A stretch of 32,000 bases of DNA from Idiomarina loihiensis L2TR (GTDB taxonomy: Bacteria; Pseudomonadota; Gammaproteobacteria; Enterobacterales; Alteromonadaceae): NCBI RefSeq assembly GCF_000008465.1, contig NC_006512.1:1950001-1982000 (forward strand), written 5' to 3'. The notes under the pieces were generated by a model. That model saw only the letters and a list, made by a program, of their open reading frames with translations. It had not been told where the DNA came from and made no database searches. The position numbers were made by a program, and so were the translations under genes. Below, one piece after another: positions 1-7,283 of this stretch (positions are counted from its first letter, which is position 1; every line of letters begins with the position of its first letter).

Positions 1-87
1 AGTAAATTTGGCTTGTATGTCCGCGCAAGCGTTTGATTCATCTATTTCTGACATTGCGCGCCTCTATTCGTGAAGTCAGTGCTTAGC

Positions 88-309
88 TCAGTTGTTCATT
101 GGCGAGTTCATCGTCCAATTCTTTCGTAAAAGCCCAGTGGTCACCGGTATCAAATGCGACGACCCAGGCTCCCTGTGCGGCGCTATCTTGTAGAGAGCTG
201 TTACGAGTACCAAAACAACAATTACGGTTATAAAGGCTGTCATAATTTCCATATTCAGTTTGTTCCTTTGTCCGGCCTTATCTGTTCCGCTGTTTTGGTT
301 TGTCAGCAT
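88..309 (-). CDS. hypothetical small protein with one predicted transmembrane helix (start uncertain; alternative ATG at 252)
   Basis: 73-codon ORF beginning 5 nt after the hydrolase stop. It has a hydrophobic stretch AFITVIVVLVLVTALY. An AAGGAA-like SD precedes only the internal ATG at 252. No family recognised. Confidence 0.3.
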   Translation of the reverse strand: MLTNQNSGTDKAGQRNKLNMEIMTAFITVIVVLVLVTALYKIAPHREPGSSHLIPVTTGLLRKNWTMNSPMNN

Positions 310-314
310 TTAAA

Positions 315-1736
315 TTAACGATATCTTGTGATGAGCTCATTAATTTTTCTTCTGACAGGCGCTACAGTGTTAGATTGATTAGCTAAAATAACCACGATAA
401 ATCCTTTATCTAAATATATGTCTAAACGCGCATCCACGCCTAAGTATGCGCCACCATGACCAACAATTCGATTATTCGGCTCGCCGCTAACAGAGAAACC
501 ATAACCATACCAAAACGCGGAGTTGTAGTCGGTTTTTTCACTGTATGCTTCTTCAGTAAGCTCCTTGCTAAGTAGCTTATACTCAGTCAATGCTATAGCG
601 AATTTATGTAAGTCCCCCACGGTAGAAAAACCACCGCCCGCTGGGCTGCCCTTAATTGCTCTGGTGTAAATGCTGTTAACCCAGTCATCACTGTAGCTTC
701 GTTTCAAGTAGCCAGTAGCTAAGTTTTGATTTGATGAATCCAACTCGAAGCTACCTGTATTTATCATCCCAGCTTTGTTGTAAATGTTTTCTTGTACGTA
801 GTCATAATAGGACGTACCCGTTACGCTTTCGATAACAAGCCCAAGCATTAGCATTCCTGAGTTACTATATCTATTCTGTGTACCCGGCGAAAATAGCAAT
901 GGAGAGCTGGATACAAGTGGTTTATAGGCAGTTAGATCCCGGTAAGCTTCCTTGTTGCTTTTATTAAATTCGTCGTTAAAAAAGTTTCCAAAGCCTGAAG
1001 TATGCGTTAAGAGGTGACGAACCGTTATTGCTTCGACTTCTCCTTGTGGCAACCAACTGGTGTCTACGAAATCTATCAGTTTGTCTTCAAATTTAAGCTT
1101 GCCTTGTTCAATAAGTTGTAACGCCGCAACTGCTGTAAACATCTTGTTCATTGAACCCAAAGAAAATTTTGTCTCTACTTCATTTTTCACGCGCCACGGT
1201 CTATTCGCATAGCCAACAGCTTCCTGAAATAAGACATCTTTTCCTTCGGCAACTAAAACAACACCTGAAAAAGCTTCGTTTCGGGCTAACTTATCAATAA
1301 AGTTAGTGAGTTTCTGTTTTAGTTCTTGTGCAGTAATGGTTGTTAACTTTTGAGAATCAGATGTAACGTCTTCAAAGGTGAAATAATTGATCTTAAACGG
1401 AGATTTTCTTTCTCTATTTATCATTAAATTGTATTCAAGGTCATTGTTGCTTGAAATTACACGAACGCGCTCATTACCATTTTCCGCGGAAAGGTGCTTC
1501 TGCACCTCAAGTTGCCCAAAGGTATTTTGCTGATTTAGTAAAACGCCAACATGTGCATCAATCCCATACCTTTCAATCTGACTATTTGACATGTTTTTCT
1601 GTAAGTATTTAATAACCTCTGTTCGTGAGCCTTCGTTAAAAACTCCCACAAAGGATTTAGCAAACTTTTCATCGGCAAATGCTAATTTGGAAAAATAGAC
1701 AGGTATTAATAATAGAAGTATGTATTTAGTTCGCAT
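315..1736 (-). CDS. secreted serine hydrolase, beta-lactamase/penicillin-binding-protein fold (class C-like / EstB-like family)
   Basis: 473-aa ORF with an ATG start and AGGA SD. It has an N-terminal signal peptide (MRTKYILLLLIPVYFSKLAFA). The motifs S-x-x-K (SMNK), Y-x-N (YSN) and H-G-G (VGHGGAYLG) appear in canonical order. About 150 aa at the N-terminus have no recognisable family. Confidence 0.8.
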   Translation of the reverse strand: MRTKYILLLLIPVYFSKLAFADEKFAKSFVGVFNEGSRTEVIKYLQKNMSNSQIERYGIDAHVGVLLNQQNTFGQLEVQKHLSAENGNERVRVISSNNDLEYNLMINRERKSPFKINYFTFEDVTSDSQKLTTITAQELKQKLTNFIDKLARNEAFSGVVLVAEGKDVLFQEAVGYANRPWRVKNEVETKFSLGSMNKMFTAVAALQLIEQGKLKFEDKLIDFVDTSWLPQGEVEAITVRHLLTHTSGFGNFFNDEFNKSNKEAYRDLTAYKPLVSSSPLLFSPGTQNRYSNSGMLMLGLVIESVTGTSYYDYVQENIYNKAGMINTGSFELDSSNQNLATGYLKRSYSDDWVNSIYTRAIKGSPAGGGFSTVGDLHKFAIALTEYKLLSKELTEEAYSEKTDYNSAFWYGYGFSVSGEPNNRIVGHGGAYLGVDARLDIYLDKGFIVVILANQSNTVAPVRRKINELITRYR

Positions 1737-1857
1737 TTATTTGTCCTAACGTATTAGAATGTTGGACTTAATTTGTTCAGAAAACTCGCTTAAGTCGATG
1801 AAGAAATTGATATTTTTTTGCGATTTTTTTGTGATTGACGAAAACTAAGGACTGTAA

Positions 1858-3855
1858 ATGTCAGATTTTTCAATAGAAAGCTTAGGTAAGACACCTTTCT
1901 TTCTTGACGAGTTTTTAGTCGACGCTCAGCGCAATACCCTATCGGTTAACGACTCAGTACAAACCGTTGAACCAAAAGTTATGCAGGTGTTGTTAGTTCT
2001 CGCTGCGAATAATGGCAATGTGGTTAGTCAGGAAGCCTTGTATGCTGAAGTCTGGCCAAACTCAGTTTTTAGTCCGGGCTCAATCAGAAGAGTCATTACG
2101 ATTCTGCGTAAAGTATTGAGTAAAGACAACCAGGAATTAATAAAGACCTTTCCTAAAAAGGGCTATAGCCTCAATGCAAAAATTAGATTAGAAAACCATA
2201 CCAAAACAAGCTTCAAGAAAAGAGCTTGTTGGGCGTTATCAATTATTCCTATCATCGTTTTGTTGTTTGCTTTTACCGTCACCACCGAGACAGACTCAAC
2301 TTTTACTGTCCACGAGGCAACTCCTATTACCTCGACCGAGGCACTTGAGTTCAATGCCAAGATCTCACCTGATGGCGCAATGGTAGCTTTTTTACGAATA
2401 GCTGAAACTGGAGAGGGAAACAGAGCTCTCTGGGTAAAAGACATAGCAACAGACGAAGAACAACTCATAGTTGATGGCAATGTATTGGAGTTTGACTGGT
2501 CGACAGAAGCTGATGCCCTGGCGTTTACAATCTTTTCCAATAAAAGTGAGCAAATTCAGACTGTCAATTTGAATACTTTAAATATCTACAATTCAATCGC
2601 CTCTTTTGTGAATGAAAAGAGAATTAGTTCTATGCATTGGGGCCGCGACAACAATATTTACACTTTAACCAAAGAGAATGGTCTGGTCAGCTTGATGGCC
2701 ATTAACCTTAACTCTGGCAAGAAATCAAAGATAAAAGATTTTGATGAGACATTCGTGCCGTATGAGATTAATTTTCACAAAGTACAAAACAAGCTTGCGC
2801 TCGCCGGTTTTGACCAGGATGGCGTAAGTAAGATTTTTTCATTGTCGTTAAGTAGCGACGTAGAAGCATTGTCAGAAATTATTGCCTTAAATAAAAATAG
2901 ATACTTTTTAGCCTGGCACCCAAATGGGGAGGCAATGGTAATAAGTGATGGTCGTTTACTTAGTAAGGTTTGGATGGATGGTAGCTCGTCCAGAATTAAC
3001 TACGACAGCTATGACTTCGTTCAGCATCCACAGTTTACGCCAAGTGGCGACCAGATACTTTTTAGTCTGGCTAAGATTGATACTGACATTGAACAAATGT
3101 CATTAACTAGTAACGACCAAGTCACGAAGTTAGTTAATTCAAATACTGTCGACAGGGAGCCCTCGCTGTCGCCTGATAAGTCGAAATTGGCCTTTATTTC
3201 CCAGCGAAAAGGCTTTCCTCAAGTATATGTTTTAGATTTAAACACCCAGGAAATTCAGCTAGTTTATGAGAATAAAGAACGCTTACTGGGTGTCTCCAGA
3301 CCCGTCTGGAATGCCAATAACAACCGTTTAGGTTTTTCAAACTATGACTTCCCTATTATTATTTCTGCCGAAAACGATAAGTACTCAGTGAAACAACTAA
3401 CAGCTCCCCATGGAGTCTTAGTCGATTTCTATCCGAACAACGAAAAAGTCTTAACCTTAGCTCGTAAATCGAATCAGTTGTCGACCATAGACTTAGCTAC
3501 TGAAAAAACGCTAAATCAACGTACGCTTAATGCAAGTAACGCTATAGTCGACGCCGATGGCCAAGTCTGTTTTGTTCAAGCCAATAAATTACAATGTTTT
3601 CAAAATGACACTGAATTCGAGGTGTTAGATCTTCAAGGACACGTTTTAAGTTGGGTTAAAATTGGCACCGAGCTACTGTTCACGCTTCAAGCTGACGAAG
3701 GAAACTCTCTCGTGGTTGTAGATTTAAAGTCTAAGTCTATTAAGGCGGAGTACGGAATACCGGGATTTGTCACTAAAGTGACAGCGATAAAAGACGGTAA
3801 AATTATTTATGAATCTCAAAACAAACAAAAAGATATTGTACTGCTAAAAAGCTGA
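1858..3855 (+). CDS. membrane-anchored ToxR/CadC-like transcriptional regulator: N-terminal OmpR/PhoB-type winged helix, one TM helix, periplasmic TolB-like (PD40) beta-propeller
   Basis: 665-aa ORF with an ATG start and AAGGA SD. It has a wHTH signature (EPKVMQVLLVLAANNGNVVSQEALYAEVWP ... IRRVITILRKVL ... KKGYSL) and a TM segment (ACWALSIIPIIVLLFAFTV). PD40-type repeats are repeated along the rest (ISPDGAMVAFL, FTPSGDQILFS, LSPDKSKLAFISQRKGFPQVYVLDL). Confidence 0.75.
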   Translation: MSDFSIESLGKTPFFLDEFLVDAQRNTLSVNDSVQTVEPKVMQVLLVLAANNGNVVSQEALYAEVWPNSVFSPGSIRRVITILRKVLSKDNQELIKTFPKKGYSLNAKIRLENHTKTSFKKRACWALSIIPIIVLLFAFTVTTETDSTFTVHEATPITSTEALEFNAKISPDGAMVAFLRIAETGEGNRALWVKDIATDEEQLIVDGNVLEFDWSTEADALAFTIFSNKSEQIQTVNLNTLNIYNSIASFVNEKRISSMHWGRDNNIYTLTKENGLVSLMAINLNSGKKSKIKDFDETFVPYEINFHKVQNKLALAGFDQDGVSKIFSLSLSSDVEALSEIIALNKNRYFLAWHPNGEAMVISDGRLLSKVWMDGSSSRINYDSYDFVQHPQFTPSGDQILFSLAKIDTDIEQMSLTSNDQVTKLVNSNTVDREPSLSPDKSKLAFISQRKGFPQVYVLDLNTQEIQLVYENKERLLGVSRPVWNANNNRLGFSNYDFPIIISAENDKYSVKQLTAPHGVLVDFYPNNEKVLTLARKSNQLSTIDLATEKTLNQRTLNASNAIVDADGQVCFVQANKLQCFQNDTEFEVLDLQGHVLSWVKIGTELLFTLQADEGNSLVVVDLKSKSIKAEYGIPGFVTKVTAIKDGKIIYESQNKQKDIVLLKS

Positions 3856-4249
3856 TGGTCGGGAACGTGAAAGCTAGCAAAACTAGGCCGTGAACTTGGC
3901 AATATCTTATGTAGATTAACAAAACAACAATACCCATCTTCACTTACAACCCTAAAGGCCTGTTCAATTGTGTTTACCTGACTTTCCCGCTCGTAGCTAT
4001 GCTAATTTGAATCACTCGACATTATCTTGGAGATCAACCCTGACAGACTCAGTAACGTGACTCGGATCGAACTTGACCGTAGATATTGAAGAATAGATTT
4101 TGCTCGATCTCACTACTCTCTCCTCCTCGAAGCGATCGCCACATTGCTCTTCCCGCTTAACGCCTTAATAACCGGCACGCGTTTTTTTGTGAATCAGGTG
4201 CCGATAGGCAAGTAGTTAATTGACTTGTTACATTCTATTTTCAAAATAT

Positions 4250-5077
4250 TCACTCTTTGACCGGATAGCTTACTATGCACTGTTGATCGGCAAGCAAGTA
4301 AAAGCTGTTCCCAGTTAACTCGATAAATGGAAAGTCAACAAATTTTGCATTATGCATAGATAAGCTTAAATGCATTTTTCTATCTGTTAACTTCAATCTT
4401 CTCGCGTGGGCGGGATAAGTACCTTTGCCTTTTTGTGTTACTAAGAAAGCGACAGGAAAAAAAGATAGCAAGCTTAGAATAGTCATGTTCCCCTCATTGT
4501 GAAAACCAACCATTTTTGCACTTAAGTGTTTTTTGTGAGGATAAAACCAATAGTATATGTCGTGAGTATTTTCTATAGCATCATTTTCGCCTAAGACAAA
4601 CTCTTGTAAGGGCTTAAAATATGGTGCGTCCACAGGTTCTGTCCGGCACTCACTTACAGATGTTGCAGCTAAAATATGACCGATCATAGCTCTAGCATAT
4701 CTTATGGCATCAATATCTAAACTTAGCATTGTAGGAGTCACGAGAGGGCCTTCAAAATGAGCCCTTATTAACACTGTTAACTCCTTATGCACGCGTGATA
4801 TTTCAGAATCGTTTTTACCAAGTATTTCATTGTTGCATGCGCTACATATAGTTTTAAAAATGCTACCATTTTTAGCCTTTACACCCTTTAAGCTGTTTGA
4901 TTCATCCCCCATTAACTCGGTAATGTGTTTTTGCTCAACTTTTGTGATTTGAATCGATCCTTGAGGCGGAACGTGATCTTTAGAAAGTGCTCCAAACTTC
5001 CCACAAATCAAGCAATATCCTTCCTTGATACGAGTATGTTGGATTCTCTTAGAAATCTCTCTTGAATATTGTCCCAT
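4250..5077 (-). CDS. orphan HNH/EndoVII-like (beta-beta-alpha-Me zinc finger) nuclease-domain protein with an uncharacterised ~185-aa C-terminal domain
   Basis: 275-aa ORF with an ATG start. The N-terminal motif is CLIC-x9-DHVPPQ-x38-CSACNNEILG: two CxxC pairs bracket a DH general-base dipeptide, and the CxxCN resembles T4 endonuclease VII and McrA-type HNH. No motif was recognised in the C-terminal part. The gene is AT-rich. The ORF itself is convincing; the nuclease assignment is motif-level only. Confidence 0.55.
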   Translation of the reverse strand: MGQYSREISKRIQHTRIKEGYCLICGKFGALSKDHVPPQGSIQITKVEQKHITELMGDESNSLKGVKAKNGSIFKTICSACNNEILGKNDSEISRVHKELTVLIRAHFEGPLVTPTMLSLDIDAIRYARAMIGHILAATSVSECRTEPVDAPYFKPLQEFVLGENDAIENTHDIYYWFYPHKKHLSAKMVGFHNEGNMTILSLLSFFPVAFLVTQKGKGTYPAHARRLKLTDRKMHLSLSMHNAKFVDFPFIELTGNSFYLLADQQCIVSYPVKE

Positions 5078-5326
5078 TAAATTGCTCGATGTTTAATTTG
5101 AAATGTAACGTTTGTGCACTGCACATGCACACTTTCTAACCCATTAAAAAAATCAAAAGTACCTCTTTCCTTTTTAATAAGGCGTTCGTTTCTATCAAAA
5201 TTATTCCACTATAAGCTAAAATAAAATGTGCATGCTCATTTAGCCATTTTAAAGTGCGCAATATCAGTCTTTACAATTTACGTATGTAATTGACACTAAA
5301 CGGGTTAAAAATGAAAAGCAAGCAAC

Positions 5327-5364
5327 AAAAAAGCCTGACAACTCAAAAAGAGTTATCAGGCTTT
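5327..5364 (-). terminator. rho-independent terminator downstream of fadR (structure is bidirectional)
   Basis: AAAAAAGCCTGAcAACTCaaaaaGAGTTaTCAGGCTTT forms a ~12-bp interrupted stem. On the minus strand the stem is followed by TTTTTTGTTG, and the hairpin lies ~55 nt after the fadR stop. Confidence 0.75.
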
Positions 5365-5417
5365 ATAATCAAAAAACTAAATTTAATTCTATCGAGAAAA
5401 GCGGGAAACTAGCTTAA

Positions 5418-6128
5418 TTAACCCACCAAATCATCCGGCATATCGCCACGCAGGCTATGCCAAATTTCGGCGGACTCGTAACCGTAACGACGAACCAGGT
5501 TAACGGACTCGTTGTAGTCGCCTTCGCGGGTTACGGCTATTAGGTTTTCATAGTAGTCGCGGGCCAGTTGGCGGGCTTCTGACGACGAAAAGTAATACTG
5601 CCCAATACGCGAGTACAGGCCTTTAAAGCCGTTCAGTACCAGCACATAAATGGGGTTGCCGGAGGCCATGGCTAAGTCGTGGTTCAACTGGTAGTCGAAC
5701 TCGGCAAAGGTTTTTTTGTTGTCTTCCAGCTCGCTGGTGGGTTCCAGTAGCTCCAGAACTCGCTTTGGGTTATGGCGAATGGCGGCACGAATATAAATGG
5801 CGCTAATATTGGTGCGTGCAGACAATAGCTGGTCGACTAGCTCCGGCATGCCGTCTTCGTCCAGGCGCGCCAGGGTTTCTAGAATATTAAGACCAGAGGT
5901 TTCCCAAAAGTTGTTCACTTTGGTGGGTTTGCCGTGCTGAATGGTCAGCCAGCCGTCGCGCGCCAGACGCTGCAGCACTTCGCGAAGGGTGGTTCGCGTT
6001 ACCCCAATGAGTTCAGACAGTTCTCGTTCAGCGGGTAGAATAGTGCCCGGTGCAAAATGCCCGTTCCAGATAGATTTTACGATGTACTCCTCGGCAAAAC
6101 CCGCCGGACTTTTAGCTTTTATTATCAT
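5418..6128 (-). CDS. fadR: fatty acid metabolism transcriptional regulator FadR (GntR family)
   Basis: 236 aa, near-collinear with E. coli FadR as I recall it ([16 protein letters not shown]..., [59 protein letters not shown]). Confidence 0.95.
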   Translation of the reverse strand: MIIKAKSPAGFAEEYIVKSIWNGHFAPGTILPAERELSELIGVTRTTLREVLQRLARDGWLTIQHGKPTKVNNFWETSGLNILETLARLDEDGMPELVDQLLSARTNISAIYIRAAIRHNPKRVLELLEPTSELEDNKKTFAEFDYQLNHDLAMASGNPIYVLVLNGFKGLYSRIGQYYFSSSEARQLARDYYENLIAVTREGDYNESVNLVRRYGYESAEIWHSLRGDMPDDLVG

Positions 6129-6271
6129 ATTCCCGCCTGTGAACTAACTAATAAAAGGATTCTAGCAGCCTTGTGTGAGGTCGGACAAGATAACTTCCGG
6201 CTTTATATCGACAACACCACGCTATTTGGGTATGGTTTCTACGTTTTTACAGTTTCTTAAGGAAAATCATC

Positions 6272-6817
6272 ATGCTGTCTGTGGGTCAGTGGCCTAACAA
6301 ACCTTTTGCCTGGTTACTGTTATTTCTAGGGTGTTCAGGCCTGTTGGGCGCCGCGCTTTACTTCCAGATGGTTCTTAACTTAGAGCCCTGCGTAAAGTGT
6401 GTTTATCAACGTATGGCGGTTATCGGTATTGGCTTGTCTGCTATTGTCGGCCTGTTTGGTTCCGGGCTTTGGTTAACGCGCTGGGCGGCTTTAATTGGCT
6501 GGCTTTACAGCAGTTATCAAGGTTTATTAATTGCCTACGATCACTGGGATCTTCAAACCTCGAAAAACGCGTTCTTTGCGGTGTGTGAAAGTGCGCCTAA
6601 TTTCCCTGACTGGGCACCAATGCACGAATGGATGCCGGGGCTTTTTGCGGCACCGGGGTTATGCGGTGACATTGACTGGCAATGGCTGGGGTTAGGTATG
6701 CCGGGCTGGATGACGGTGATTTTTGCGGGCTTATTGCTCATTGGTATTATTGTGACTATTTGCCATATTATTTCGTCGTTCACGAAAAAAGACGGGTTGG
6801 TGCTTTACCACAAATAA
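6272..6817 (+). CDS. dsbB: disulfide bond formation protein B
   Basis: 181 aa with four hydrophobic segments. It has the CxxC pair (CVKCVYQR) in the first periplasmic loop and a second Cys pair (CESAP...CGD). SD is AAGGAA. It sits beside fadR, as in enterics. Confidence 0.9.
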   Translation: MLSVGQWPNKPFAWLLLFLGCSGLLGAALYFQMVLNLEPCVKCVYQRMAVIGIGLSAIVGLFGSGLWLTRWAALIGWLYSSYQGLLIAYDHWDLQTSKNAFFAVCESAPNFPDWAPMHEWMPGLFAAPGLCGDIDWQWLGLGMPGWMTVIFAGLLLIGIIVTICHIISSFTKKDGLVLYHK

Positions 6818-6835
6818 TCCGTTTTAATGCCAGGG

Positions 6836-7267
6836 CTAAGACAAGGGCCAGGTCACTATACGGTCTTCCAGGTCGCCCTTGAACTTCGCCTCACTTACGC
6901 AATGGCCGGCTACATGATAGCCGGCTTTTTTCATTGGCTCTTTACTGCCCTCATGCCTTAACGGATGCCATTGCGGCAAAGGCTGTCCTTCTGCCCGCAA
7001 CCGATAAGCGCAGCTAGCGGGCATAAAGTAAACCTCGTCGAGGTTGTCAGGGGTTAAGGTTACACAAGCGGGTACACGCTCACTGCGGTGAGCGTAGTCG
7101 CTGCAGCTGGCCGTCTTGGTATCTAACAACCGGCAGGCAACGTCGGTAGAATACAGGTTATCTTCTTCGTCCAGTAGCTGGTTTAAACAGCACTGCCCAC
7201 AGCCATCGCACAAGGCTTCCCATTGTGCGTGACTCAGTGTGTGCAGCGGCTGTTCATACCATTTCAT
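6836..7267 (-). CDS. ycgN: YcgN-family cysteine-cluster protein (UPF0260)
   Basis: The ORF was trimmed to the ATG at 7267 (MKWYEQPL...). It has the hallmark EALCDGCGQCCL cluster and the CAYR motif, and aligns with E. coli YcgN from that Met. The tracked 190-aa ORF upstream of that Met overlaps mltB and has no homology. Confidence 0.85.
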   Translation of the reverse strand: MKWYEQPLHTLSHAQWEALCDGCGQCCLNQLLDEEDNLYSTDVACRLLDTKTASCSDYAHRSERVPACVTLTPDNLDEVYFMPASCAYRLRAEGQPLPQWHPLRHEGSKEPMKKAGYHVAGHCVSEAKFKGDLEDRIVTWPLS

Positions 7268-7283
7268 CAGTACCGACAAGGCA

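Larger units (their letters stand above)
310..5330. other. AT-rich accessory segment (candidate genomic islet) holding three genes and long non-coding gaps
   Basis: Spot counts of single 60-nt lines give 19-26 G+C per 60 inside (lines 1081, 2581, 4501) versus 30-36 per 60 in rnd and his lines (9001, 20101). Codon choice is rich in AAA/AAT/TTA. Intergenic gaps are 394 and ~340 nt, against 0-90 nt elsewhere. The segment ends at the fadR terminator. No integrase, IS element or tRNA is visible, so mobility is not supported. Confidence 0.5.

Noticed and set aside
2163-2540. 125-aa minus-strand ORF inside the ToxR-like regulator gene.
   Set aside because: It is antisense to a gene with clear domain signatures and has no independent support.
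4064-4072. GTTCGATCC (minus strand), resembling a tRNA T-loop, as a possible tRNA fragment or att site for the islet.
   Set aside because: The flanking bases do not form a T-stem or acceptor stem, and no second copy was found at the other islet edge.
4173-4203. Hairpin CGGCAC-N19-GTGCCG downstream of the nuclease gene as its terminator.
   Set aside because: The stem is only 6 bp with a 19-nt loop. The T7 run lies inside the loop rather than after the stem, so this is not a credible intrinsic terminator.
300-5400. AT-rich similar strings at the islet edges (TTTAAATTAAC near 309 versus TAAATTTAATT near 5382) as possible att direct repeats.
   Set aside because: They are not identical, they are short, and they are made of low-complexity A/T sequence expected by chance in AT-rich DNA.
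5311-5412. 33-codon plus-strand ORF (MKSKQQKSLTTQKELSGFIIKKLNLILSRKAGN) between the nuclease gene and fadR.
   Set aside because: It has no SD, and the reading frame runs straight through the fadR terminator hairpin, which explains the sequence better.
6175-6191. FadR-box-like core GGTCGGAC in the fadR-dsbB divergent region (GTGAGGTCGGACAAGAT), hinting at fadR autoregulation.
   Set aside because: Only the central 8 nt fit and the flanking positions mismatch the consensus. This is too weak to call without a PWM score or binding data.
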